Part shown: positions 1-12,520 of the stretch, one piece after another
How the letters are laid out: every line of letters starts with the position of its first letter
Numbering within the stretch: the first letter of the stretch is position 1
From: Podarcis filfolensis
Lineage: Eukaryota
Assembly: GCA_964270895.1 (NCBI GenBank)
Contig: OZ185440.1
Direction: 5' to 3' (one strand)
Length of the DNA: 64,000 bases
Program-made: the position numbers and the translations under genes
Notes under the pieces: generated by a model
Database searches by the model: none
Told to the model about the DNA's origin: nothing
Seen by the model: only the letters and a program-made list of their open reading frames with translations

Positions 1-381
1 AGTATGCAAACATGAAAGGTGAGGATGATATGTACCAGCAAGCTGCCAGGCCCTGCAGGTCATAACAAGGCACCAAATAGATACCCCCCTCCGTATTGCT
101 TGCCCTTCAGAAGATGTGGAAACCTTTTGAAGCATTGAGCTCCCCAAATCCACGAGGTCAAAGTCCAGAGCAACAATACCCACACACAGCATTGCTGCTG
201 GGCCTGTGAAAGTGCTACCTGCTAGCACTCATCTGAAACCGCTCTCAAAGGTCCTAGGCTGGGAGACAGCTTGGAGATAAGAAAAGGGGCAAGCTTGAGC
301 AAGCACGGAAAAAGACAGAGAGATGTTAAAAGTGAACCCTTTCACTTGGAGAATCCCCAAGAGCTAGTCTAGCATTTAGAT

Positions 382-517
382 CACACATAGGCAAACTTTG
401 CCCTCCAGATGTTTTGGGACTAAAACTCCCATCATCCCTGGCTAACAGGACCAGTGGTCAGGGATGATGGGAGTTGTAGTCCCAAAACAGCTGGAGGGCC
501 AAGTTTGCCTATGCCTG
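382..517. mobile_element. hAT-type MITE (~136 bp, palindromic)
   Basis: TIRs CATAGGCAAAC...GTTTGCCTATG; internal inverted ACTCCCATCATCCCT / AGGGATGATGGGAGT; 8-bp TSD (a/g)TTTAGAT at 374-381 and 518-525. Confidence 0.8.
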
Positions 518-1599
518 GTTTAGATCAGTCTTTTACTCCCACCCATCAGGTACCTGTTTGTCTGATTCCACCCTGAAGCTACTATGACTACTTAATTGAC
601 GGTTCCCTTGATGTGGGTACATCATATCTGTGACTGGTAGTAAGGCAGGCTTTTAAAGAGTAGTGGTATGAACTCAGTTCAATGCAGAGGAACAAGTGTG
701 TCAGTGAATCTTCCCCACCCACCATACTTGGCTGGATGGTATGCTAACTCAATGAAGTATGTCACCTTGAGGGTACTACTGCATCCTCCATTTCATAGGA
801 AGTAATTAGGAGGGGGAGGAGGGAAGCGTGCTACTAGGAGATAATGTGCATCTCAACAAGAAGCAAGGCAGGACAGAGACAAGTGCCCAAAGGGCCTTAC
901 AGAACATGTTATCTTGGAGAAACACACTGTGTGGAGCATCTTCTGAAAGCTGGACAGCCCCAAAACAAAGCAAACTGGACTTTGGATATTCATTTATTCT
1001 GACAGACAAAAAGGGGTCATTTCATGTTTACCTTAAATGCAAGCACTATTCTAAAACTGAAAAGCCTGTATTGGAGTTCCATGGCCCAGTTAATAACCAC
1101 AGACAAATATTGTGTCTGCTGCTTAAATGCAAGCACATGGAGGCACGTCTACTTGGCAAACTGTTTGTGCAAACTAACTCCCAACCTATTCTCGCAATTT
1201 TAGCTCTCTCAAGACAAACGTGAAGGAGAAGAATTGCATTGGAGTGGTGGTGGGGAACTGCTTCATGCACAAAGTTGCTTGGCACACAAAGTTGCCGCCA
1301 CTTTGGTATGCTTGCAGCAGCCACTACCTGCCCCAGAAAACTAGGTTAGCTTTAAGTTCATAAACACTTTCAGACCCAACCTATTCCCTACCTCTGCTTT
1401 TTTCTAGAATGAACACAGTGCAACAGCCCCCTGTCCTCCTCTTCCCTATTGTATCCGTTTTCTGTATATGGCAATATTTGGGGTGACTGCATATCACTCT
1501 GGTTGCCCTACCCACAAAAAGGGACATTATAGAACAGCAGCTGGTACAGAAAAGGATAAGAAAATACAACAGGTCAATCATCCTTGTGGAAAAAGGTTT

Positions 1600-2015
1600 T
1601 GAGGGTTATTTAGCTTTGGGGGAAAAACATTACTGAGGAGGGGCTGGATAGAGATCAAGAATGGTATAGAAAGAATAATAAGGGGAAATTGTCATAAACC
1701 TTGAGGCTATTCATTGAAATTAAAACGAATGGTTTTTTAGTTAAACAAACTTCGCTACAGAATGCATGATTAACTTCGCTGCAGAATGCTGTTATGCAGC
1801 TAGAACAAATTGTTTTCAAATCAGGCTAGATAAAATATGGGAAGGAAAGAAACATAAATGGCCACTACGTCAGATGGTGGGAGAATAGCAACAGAGAACA
1901 GATTCTCATTCTCATTCCTAATTTGTAAAAATGTCTATTATATCTGGGGGTGGGGGCAGTGTCAGGAAGTCAACTATATGGACCACTGGTCTGATCCAGC
2001 CTAGCATTTCTTATT
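1600..2015 (+). mobile_element. Old CR1 LINE 3' remnant
   Basis: Degenerate CR1-like 3' end finishing in ggaccactggtctgatccagc...ttcttatt; boundaries approximate. Confidence 0.5.
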
Positions 2016-3848
2016 AGGCACTGGCAAAGACTTAGCAACAGCTGTGCAAATCCACGATGAAGGAGGCTACTTTCACACTGCTGACTGAATGCTTAAGGGG
2101 GCACGGGGAGATACACTTAACAGGTACCCCCACACACACACCATCCATCAATACCGACAAGCTTTTTCTACAAGAATCTGGGCTTGATTCCTTTTTGCCT
2201 AGGATGGAGCATAGGCTGGTCCCTATTGCACCCTCTGTAACTCAGTTCTGTTGTCCTCTTATCACACAAAGCACTGGTGTTCTGCTTTCAGCAATAAAAC
2301 TCAGCAAAGCAAGGAAGGATACATGCCTGCGTTTGTCTTTTCTCCCTCCACATACATCACCCCCCTTCATTCAGCTACTTCCCTCTCTCTGCAAATTCCC
2401 CATTTCCAATCTCCTGACTCAAGTCTATTTGACTAAAGAGACGAGTAAACCACAGTCCAAGTGCACATCTCCCTGCCCTGTGGTTGGCATGGAAACATAA
2501 AATATTCTGTGAGCATAAATGTTCACTACAAAAGATGGTACTTTCTGGGGAACCCTCCGCCCAAGGTTCTCCACACTGAAATCCATGTCTCTGAGGATAT
2601 CTTTAAACACATGCATCTTAAGCTCAGTGACACCCAGGCAACTGGGAAAGGCACAGCTATATGGGGGTGAAAGAACCCTTCAGAAATCCCTGTGCATATT
2701 CAAAGAGTAAACATGGGGATAGGGATTGAAATCAGATCTCACTATTTGTTATGTCTGACCTCCATGTGTTGGAGGACACATCTGCCTATGCATGAAGAGC
2801 CTCCCCTGCCCCCTTTGCCAGCACATATCATACTAAAAAGCAACTCTCCGTTTATGTGGTAGCTACATTCTGGGCCCCTGCATGCATACGTAAAATTGTG
2901 TAAAATGGGGAGCAACTTGGAGAATCCTAGTGGCTTGCATGGAGACTCACCCTAGACCCACCAAAGAGGGTTTCCTTGCGAGCTGGAGGGGCAGTGGGGC
3001 TTTACTGAGTTGCTCAACCTCCCTGCCAAACAGCTGACATGTGGGGTGGCACAGCCACTGTTGCTGCTTCCCCGTGCATCAGCTGAGCAAGCCCTGGTGC
3101 CCCTCCAGCTCACATTGAGGTCCTCTTTGGGCTCTGGGGAAGGTCTCCTCGTGAGCCAGGAGGACTGTCCAGGGAGCTCCATATTTCCAGGTTCATCTTC
3201 TGGGTTCCCAGCACTGCTTGTACGTGTTGGTCGTGTGCAAATACATCAAACATAAATGAAGAATTGTTGCCTGTATAGAAACTTGTCCTCTAATGAATGG
3301 AAGTTGGGTCCAGCAAGGTGATGGGGACTTGCCACAATGGTTCCGATTCCGTCCTCCCACTTTGAATGCCTTTGAACATCTGCATTATGCCTTTGAGCAT
3401 AAGGCTGGAGAGGAGCTCCACAGCCCTGCCTCCCAAGCCACTGTTTCACGCAGGAAGCCACGCTGAGTTTTTATTCTTTGTATGTAGCTCTATGGGATAA
3501 GATCCCCACCATGATTCACTGATGAAGCAAAAACTCCATCAGACTGTGAAACAGCCATAGAAATTACCATTCCCCCATGTCACATCACTCATTTAGGCTG
3601 TTGGAATCTGATATAAAAAGTATTCAGTTATGGATTTCTAGAACTGGTCAAGGTGGGGAGGCTATGCTTGATGATCAGGCTGGCATTAAAATCCTAGTAC
3701 CATCTTTGTCTATAATGTTATATTCTATTTTCCTCAGAGGCCTGCACTTAGGACCCCTTGCCCCATGTCACAGTACCATATGAGGCTGCTACTAATCTCA
3801 GCTGCACTGCATGCACAGAATCAACATGCATCACATTTCTCTGACTTA

Positions 3849-4088
<240 letters not shown>

Positions 4089-4761
4089 TCAGGGGGTTGA
4101 GAAGACAAGGGGGTAGCCAGAATCCTGGACCATGCTGGTAATGGAAACAGACTGTACTACAGGGAATAGTTGTTAAGAGATGTGAAAGTGGTTGGGGAGA
4201 GGCTTCCTATGATGTACTCTGGGGGTGGGGGACCTCTGGACTGGGGGCCAAACACAGCCCTCCAAACCTCTCCATCTGGTCCTTGCCATACACCCTCCCC
4301 AGGCATGCCCCTCACTGACCCTGCGTCACACTCTCTTTGAGTGTTTTTGCCTGGCTGAAATGTGTCATTGAACTCTGATAACGCCTTACACATGCCTGGG
4401 TGGAGGATAAAAAAGTGGGGGGGGGGTGTAACTAGTCAGCTGTACAAAAGGTAAAACATTAACATTTGCTGCTCTGCCATTTTTGCTTCAGCTGCCACCC
4501 AGTACTGGCATCTGTTCCCTGAAAGGTTGTCCAGGGGAGAATACAGCCTGTAGTCTGCAAATGCTCTCGACCCCTGGAGCACACTTTACTTCTGCCCAAT
4601 TTTCACTGATAAAATGGGTTTTCCAGTTCTGAAACTGGAGAAAACCCTGCAAACCTGTTTACCGGAGGTGAAAAGGAAGGAGTAAATCATACAAAGGGGG
4701 GGGGGGAGAGCAAAGATTGCTCTTTCAACCTTTCAAGAAAGCTTGCAGCATTTTACATTTT

Positions 4762-5264
4762 TTAGTTTAGAGAAAAGGCGAGTAAGAGGTGACATGACAG
4801 AAGTTTATAAAAGTATGCATGGTATGGAGTAAGGGGATAAAGAAGGTTTTCTTCCTGTCTCATAACACCAGAAGCTGCAGACATCCAATGAAGCTGAATG
4901 TTGGAAGATTCAGGACAGATGAAAGAAAGAAAGAACTTGTTCACAAAGCACATAGTTAAACTATGGAAATCTCTCCCCTAGGAGGTAGTGATGGCCACCA
5001 ACCTGAATGGTTTTTAAAGATTAGACAAATTCATGGAGGAGAGGGCTATCAGTGGCTACTAGACACAATGGCTATGCTCTGTCTCCACAGTTGGAAGCAG
5101 TAATGCTTCTGAATATCAGTTGCTGGAAACCACAGGAAGGGAAAGGGCTCTTGTGCTTGAATCCTGCCTGTGGACTCCCCGTAGGCACCTGGTTGGTCAC
5201 TGTGAAACAGGATGCTGAACTAGATGGGCCATTGGCTGGATCCAGCAGGCTTTTCTTATGTTCT
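4762..5264 (+). mobile_element. CR1 LINE 3' end with 3' UTR
   Basis: tttagtttagagaaaaggcgagtaagaggtgacatg (end of ORF2), then ggatgctgaactagatgggccattgg...cttatgttct terminus. Confidence 0.8.
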
Positions 5265-5692
5265 CTGAAGAAGCTATTGTCTGCCTTCAACCTTTATTAA
5301 GTAGCAGATTTGAAGGCGTACCAAGACCCAAGTGTACCTCCTTCCAACATCAATGCCTGCAAAAGCTGCCCAGATGGGACTCTAGATTATGACTGCTGAC
5401 AGAGACGGGCTGCTTGAGTTCTGTTTCCTTAAAAGTTTTTAGAATGGTAATGTGTTTAAAGGCTGATTTGCAAGGCTTCTCAGAATGTGCTCAAGTGATT
5501 CAGTGAAAAAAAACCCAGTAAGGAAACCATGAACTCTTTGGGTCACTGAGTCCACTAGAATGATACCTTCTAAGTTATTCTGCCAGCTGGAACATGGTAC
5601 AGTTACTTGGCATCACATGAAACGGGGATTTGAACCTCAGGTCTGATGCACTGAGAATTTTGTTAGCGTGAGGTGCTGCTAACAACACTTAC

Positions 5693-5816
5693 CATCAATG
5701 GAGGTCAGAATGACACGTGAATGGTCATAGGCAATCACGTTTGCATAGCGGTTCTTTGGTTTGTTCACTTCCAGGTTGGAGTTCTCCCAGGTGAACTGCT
5801 GCCCGGGATCAATCGA
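5693..5816 (-). CDS. PTPRF: PTP D1 exon (124 nt) [41 protein letters not shown]
   Basis: tgttgcag|TCGATT ... GATG|gtaagt; intact KNRY pTyr-recognition loop; phase 0-1. Confidence 0.97.
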
Positions 5817-6497
5817 CTGCAACAAAGAAGAGGAGAAAAGGAGTGCTAAAACACAAGTTCTTTCTCTCTCAATTCATGGCACGATTACAAGCTTTCACAC
5901 TTCTATGTGTGCATGTATACCTTTCAACTCTGAAATAAACACCAGCCACCCTAGAATGTGAAACAGTATGGAAAGAAAGTTTCATATGCGAGAGCTTGTG
6001 AATCAGCTTTCAGATTGATTTGCCATTGGCACATTCAGTCTGGGCAGACCCCCCCAAAAGGGGGGGGGAAAGCCTTGCCTATCTTGAAAGTCAACCCCAA
6101 AAATTGAATTGGCCCTTTACAATCAATGCAGCAATTAAATACTTTTTGCACTGTGTGAATTCTCTAAAAGTCAAAAACAGTGATTCATCTTGAGTTGGTG
6201 AAAGTTGTCTCATGAATAAATCCTCTGATGTGCAACATCTCTGCAAATCTGTGCCCAGTGAAAAAATAAACTCCCAACTGCCTTAGAGGCATTATTGGGC
6301 AAAATACTGAAACATCTTTAAAAAGAAGCTTGAGGACAGAAGCAAACATGTATAGTAGATATATTCTCTCTTAGGCATGAACAGTGTTGTTTGCATCTAG
6401 GTTGAGTCTGTGCATCTAGGATGAGTCTGTGTTGCTCCAGATGGCAGGATTGTAACCATTGTATGAAAATTGCAAGGGAGCATTTTTTGACCAAATA

Positions 6498-6692
6498 TTA
6501 GGAGAAACTTGCTAATGGTAAGAACTGTTTTGACAGTGAACACAGAGCCTTGGAAGGTGATGGGCTCTCCTTTGCTGGAGGTATTTCAGTAGGTCTGTCA
6601 GAAGTGCTGTAGTTTAATCATGCATTATAAATTGTGCATTCAGCAGGCTAGATGAGATGATCTCAAAGGTCTCTTCCAACTCTATGATTCTA
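6498..6692 (+). mobile_element. CR1 3' end, second subfamily
   Basis: attaggagaaac...gtaagaactgtt...ctagatgagatgatctcaaaggtctcttccaactctatgattct terminus. Confidence 0.65.
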
Positions 6693-8561
6693 ATGCAAGT
6701 CTCTCTTTCTCCTCTGCACACCAGTGAGGCATGATATGTAGGGAGGAAATGGTGTGTATATAATCAACCTTTTCCTTGCAGCCTCTCCAGCTGCTTTCCC
6801 ACCACTTGATGTGGCAAATAATCATCTGGGAATAAAGCATCTTGGAACGTGCTTTGTGGGTGGATTAAGAGTTAATAATTTATTCCAATTGTTGTTTCAA
6901 TCCTGCAAATTCCTTCCAACAGTACTCTGCAGCAAAGATACAACCACCTTGGTACTTAGACCCTTTTGCAGATCACCATATAAATTTGGCCTTTAAACCA
7001 GACCCAAATCCCTGAACGCTTAAGTCCTCTCCCCCCTTCTGCCACAGTGATATCTACTGTGTCAGGCTAACCAGAGCTACTAGTAAAAAGGGAGGTTTTT
7101 TTTTACAGTAAGTCAAATGTGCAACTGCCAGAAAACAAAAGAACAATGAAAGGAAGGAAAAACACCATTCAACCCTACGTCGTCCTACAGAAGTACAGGA
7201 CTGCAGAGTAAATGTTCCTTTCCTGCCTTCTACGGGAAACAGGTTGTGGAGAAGCACTCAGGTGGAATTTAAATAGGAACTTTAGCAGTTGGTTCCTCTT
7301 ATGTGGGCTCAGCCAGAGAAATCTCTCTCAGCTGGATCATACTCTATAATTCTATGTACAAGTTCCTTCATTTTTGAGTGGCTGAGAACTCACACCTGCA
7401 TCTTCAACATGGGTTCATGGAGCAAATGCTGGAGAAGCTGTGCCCATCCAAGCATATGTATCCAATGCACTGATCTGCTTTGATCAGTGTTTTTGCCACA
7501 ATTCTCAGTGTAGTTGGCAGGACTAGGTCGGCAACTACTGCCTGCTCTCCTGCAAAACTTAAAACACCCGATTGTGATATCCAGTTAACACTTGGCATGC
7601 GATCTGTTTCATGCCTGACATGGCAATTTAGGTAACAGTCCTACATGATGCAGACTGCAATGGACAGAGAGCTGCTTTTTCAGTTTCCCACAGGCACAGC
7701 ATGGCAGACAAAACTGTCTGAGCAAAACCAGAGCAAGCACTTTATAGAATAGTAGAATGCACATGAGCAACAAAGTCGAAGCAGCTCAGTATAGGTAGTG
7801 TTGGCACTTCTCCTAGTCTGACTCCTCCCAACCACTGCTGGGAAGTTTCCTTGTCTAAGGGCTTTTCTCCCACTGCATTACAGGAGCAACAGGCTGAGGC
7901 AGTCATAAACAAAAACGCACACGGGCTAGTTCACTTGGAGGAATGACAGGTTTAAGTCCAAGAAATTGCACAGGCCTTTCAGGAAAACAGCATCCCATGT
8001 TAGGTTCAGTGGCAATGGGTATTCCTTTCAAAGAAGAGCAATGCAGCACACAAAAGAGATTTCCACTGTCTCAGCAGGGAGGATATGACATCACAGCACT
8101 GCTAATAGGTGGTTTGGGAAATGCAGGATGTAAATAGACGTTTCCAACAGGAACCCTATAATCTTCTATTATCAGAGTAATAAGCAGGCAGTGCAGTGCA
8201 AAGTGGCAGGAGTAGACACAGCCCAGCTCTCTGCAGCTTAAGGCTAGGGCTCAAGTCACACTAAGCACATGTCACACATAACAGAAACAAGCCAGGTTTC
8301 TGGTCCATAGCTACCTGGACCTGTCCATTTGGCACCCAGATGTCTTTTGTTTTCCCCTAGCAGAGAGGAATTCCATTTGTGTTTTTTGTAAACTATCCTC
8401 TCTTTGCAATAAATGAAAGATAGGGAAGCATTTGTGTCTTGGCAGGATTTTTTTACAGCTCAAGACAAGCATAGCAAATATAGCCCATCCCAAGCCTAAT
8501 ATTATATTTCAGGCCACATTTCAATAAACGGTAATATCCTCAGCAAACAAGTAGGAAGATG

Positions 8562-8565
<4 letters not shown>

Positions 8566-8602
<37 letters not shown>

Positions 8603-8620
8603 TCACACACACACACACAC
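8566..8620. repeat. Compound (CT)n(CA)n microsatellite
   Basis: Read directly from the sequence. Confidence 0.95.
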
Positions 8621-8779
8621 CATTGCACTGGTAAGATACAAAGTGATGAATGGGCAGCAGTGCACTTTCACAGGTGCATTTGGTGAGGACACAAGAGAGG
8701 GCCTTCTCGGTGGTTGTTCCAAGATTGTGGAAATCTCTTCCACAGTAGGTTAGGCTGCCCCCCACCCAGCTTTCCTTTA

Positions 8780-9035
8780 GCTGGCAGGCAAATACTTTTT
8801 TGTCTAGACAGGCCTTTGGTCATTTACTGGCTGCAGTGGCAGTGTATTCTGAAGGTGGGCGTTCTACACATTTTTCTTTTTGTGTGTGCTTTTACATTGT
8901 TTTGAGTGTTTTTGGTGCTCTTTTTAATATACTTATTTTTTTAAAAAATCTTATATTGCTTGTGTGTCTTTAAGCCACATTTGTTTTAATTCATTCTGTG
9001 AGCCATATGTGGTCCTATACTGGGATATAAAGTGG
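8780..9035 (+). mobile_element. Degenerate L2-like 3' tail
   Basis: caaatacttttttgtctagacaggcctttg followed by a T-rich tail and ctgtgagcc, as in the 17588 copy. Confidence 0.4.
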
Positions 9036-11279
9036 GCCACATCACTTTAGACTGTGTAGAACCTCTGTGCAGAAAAGCCTCCTTCAGAACCCTCCTGGAG
9101 GCCTTGCTCTAAGGGTAGAGACTGAAGCACAAAACACACCTCTGCTCAGTCAGAGTCACACTGAGACGGCTGCAATGACATGGAAGATAAAGGCGAGGAT
9201 GGCATAGCTTCACCCAATCCCCCAGAGTGTAGCATCAGCAGTACCACTACAGCAATTGTCTTGCTCTGCAATGCGGAGGTGAAAAATCTCCCATGTTCTA
9301 TCACCAACGACCCCATAAGAGGGCAAACAGGTGAGAAAAGCAGCATCCACCTGGCAGTGAAGAAGTGCTAATTAAATACGCCTGCAAATGAGTGACTTGT
9401 TTAGAAGTGAAATGATTTAATTTAAACTCTGCTGATGAATTAATGTACACCTGTTTCCCCCTTAATGGCGGGCAAATGAGTAAATAAGGCAGGGAAAGAG
9501 AGGTGCCCAAAATGCAGCTGAAACCCATCAAGCAGTTTTTTTCAGATGGGCCACACCAAGTAAAGGGCTCATCCCACTGTTACCTAACTCCTCTCCTCTG
9601 TCCACGGGCAAAACAGCTTTGCCGTACTGGGATTTGCACATTCACTCTTGCAATTTGGGCCCAACAAGAACCTCACATTACCCAATCTAAGACAGCAACA
9701 GCAGCGTGTATGTATGGGGTGGGATTTTTCAGGAAGGGAGGGACAGACACCAATTTGAATAAAGAGTTGTCAACATTTTTCCTGGAAGATTTCCTGTATG
9801 GCCAGCAGAAGTTCAGCAGGTGAAGCTTTTCTTGGCAGGTCCAACGACTGAAAGGATAATATTCCTTTTGTTAAAGGTGCAGGAGCACAGCTAGAGAAGA
9901 AGTTTGCAATGTCTCTACTTTTTTAGCAGGCTGGGATGATGCAAACCTTGCTAGCTACAAGGTTTGGTTCCAGCATGTTTGCTGTGCCCATCAAGAGGTT
10001 ATGATTCCTAAACCCTGAACTCCAGGCAGTGCTCTAGCATAACCATAGCAAGCTAGTGCATTAGTGTACTACCAGTGTATTAATGATGGCAGCACCCATG
10101 TTAACACAGCCATTGACCAATACAAAGTCAAAAAAACTTCTTAAATGGGGAAAGAATGGCTTCTGAATCAATCACTGGCAATGTGTCAAATTGCAGAGTC
10201 ACGTCTGTCACTGAAAAGAAAACTTCCAACTTCTAGGACATATTGCAGCACAGTAAGCAGATATGGCTGTGGGAACTTGCATGTAGTTTTGATGGGCCCA
10301 ATGAATGCCTGGAAGGAAAGCAACCGGGGGAAACTGAGGAGCTCACCCTCCAGAAATCCCTCGCTGCCACAGGAGCTTGATGGCAGTGACTGAGTATGCA
10401 GTTGTGTACCTCCTGCTCCAATGATCTCTTCCCTTACTTGCACCCTGCTTGCTACAGGAGACAAGAGAGAAGGGTGAGCAAATTAATTAGCAGGGCAGGA
10501 GGTGTTGCTACTGCACACTTGCTGTCATACTTGCTTTGAGCTCTTAAAGTGACAGGCAGTCTCTTAGCAAACCCCAGTGGGGTCTTTGTTCTGTGGTCAG
10601 ATGGCCAAGGAGGATTTTGTAAGTGGGAGGCATGGCAGGATACTTGGAGAGGGGAAAGGAGATATAGTGAGGGACAAGCCACACTGCTCTTTTCTAGCTG
10701 TAACCATCATCATGCAACTAAATATCTGCACCTTGCTAGAGTGTCTAATAGGTTCTAATGCTATGGCAGATGGTTGGAAAGGAAGAGTTGGAAAAGATGC
10801 AGCTCAGATGCTTGGAAGCATTTGCTAGTCTTTCATTATCATTTCAAGGGGCAACAATGAACATATTGCCTTAGCAGGTGGTTGCTAAGCAGAATCTGCA
10901 GGGCTTCTTCAGTAACTGACTTCTTTGTGGCTTCCCAAATAAGGAAGGGTGCATGGCAGTCTGGGAGTCGTAATTCTATCCAGCAGGATAGAATTAGGGG
11001 AAGGAAATGCTGAGTGCCAAAAATGCTGGGTGATATTTCTGGTTCTGCAATGGAGATGTTAGGACAATAATTAGTTGAAGCAAGAGACAAAATCTACAAC
11101 CATTAGGAGTCTCTAAGGTGTATAAGGAAATGATTCAGAGTGAAACAGGACACCCTCTTTCTACAACAACACATATACAGAGGGACTTGCTCCACGGCCT
11201 GTAGTTTTGCCCTCTTTGATCTATTTGGAGCATTGCAGTCACCACCTACTAACTATGCTGACATGATTAAAGTGAGGCA

Positions 11280-12520
11280 GGGATAGGTTAACAGCTCTAA
11301 AACCTACACAACTTTGGAGTGGAGCCCCTAAGATGGTTGGATGGCATCTTTCCAGTTGAATGGCCTCTTTTCGACAACTCCCACAGCCAAGGTGGTGCCA
11401 AATGTATTGCTCTGCTTTCCTTTGGACCACAACAGTGAGGCCAAGAGGGAGGTCTTGTCATCTGGGCAGCCCAGGACCCCCATAAACATTGCCCAGACTT
11501 GCACTTCAGTGAAATCACTTTTGTGCTGCAAATGCAACAAAAACAACACGGAGACAGCAGTTACAAGTTGTAAGCTCAACCTGATTGGTGCAAGTGTAAG
11601 TTATGAGCTCTATGAGTTGCCTTGGTTGGTGGGAGAGATCACTGTGTCTCACTGGGTGTCACTCAACAAGCAGACCAAACAACTGCACTAGGCAAAAAAG
11701 AAATAAACTCTCTTGCACCTAGCATGCTGGAACATCAGGACTATGTGTCCTGGCTTGTCCACCAACCTGCTGCAGGTCAATAACTCCTGAAAGACAGCCA
11801 ACATTGACTGTGAGCTGAAAATGCTCAACATTGCCATTGCCACTCTACAGGAGGCCAGACTCGCTTCAAATGGCTGCCTCAGAGAGAAGAACTTACACCT
11901 TCTTCTGGCAAGGAGGGAACCCAGAAGAACCACGTATTTGTGGCATAGGCTTTGCAATAAGGAACTCCCATCTGCCTGCAATAGAACAGCTGACAGAGGG
12001 CTCAGAATGCTTGCTTTCCCTCTGCTTTTCAACTACTTCCTGTCCGGTTAACGTCTTGAGCATCTACACTCCCACTATGTGCTCTGAAATACAGACCAGG
12101 GACCAGTTCTACGAGGAACTAGACTCCTGTCTCAGACACGTCTACATTGGCTTGGTCATGTCCACAGAATGGAAGACAGCAGGGTCCCCAAGGACATCCT
12201 CTATGGGGAGCTGGCTTCAGGCACCAGGCCTGTTAGCAGACCAAGATGTCTGCAAACAAGACATGGAAGCTGACATCATAAACCCCACAGTGTGGGAATC
12301 CCTTGCAGATGACCGCAGTGCTTGGAGGCAGTCAGGTTGTCTATCCAAAGCAGTGACCAGGGTGGAATGACTGCTGGACTTCTTCATCTGCCCCAGCTGC
12401 AACATCTCTCCCCCGTATTGGTCTCTACAGCCACAGCAGGTGCTATAACTGTCCTATGGTTTGACTTCACCCTCAAAAGTGCACTCCTCCATTGTCTCCC
12501 AAGACAGATGCATGCCAACA
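11280..12520 (+). mobile_element. Internally deleted RTE/BovB-clade LINE (5' UTR + APE N-terminus fused to RT C-terminus and 3' end)
   Basis: Frameshifted APE motifs LACWNIRT, IATLQEARL, YTFFWQG, GIGFAIRN, SIYTPT, FYEELDS; then RLHWLGHVHRM, PKDILYGEL, WESLADDRSAWR; terminus ccattgtctcccaagacagatgcatgccaaca. The 5' boundary is approximate. Confidence 0.8.

Noticed and set aside
3246-3248. Selenocysteine or read-through at the in-frame TGA
   Set aside because: No recognisable selenoprotein motif or SECIS; intronic location.
6392-6430. Short tandem duplications here, at ~1748-1790 and at ~35450-35480
   Set aside because: Ordinary two-copy slippage duplications, not arrays.
11831-12370. 179-aa ORF as a host gene
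   Set aside because: A frameshifted mosaic of RTE endonuclease and RT C-terminal remnants.
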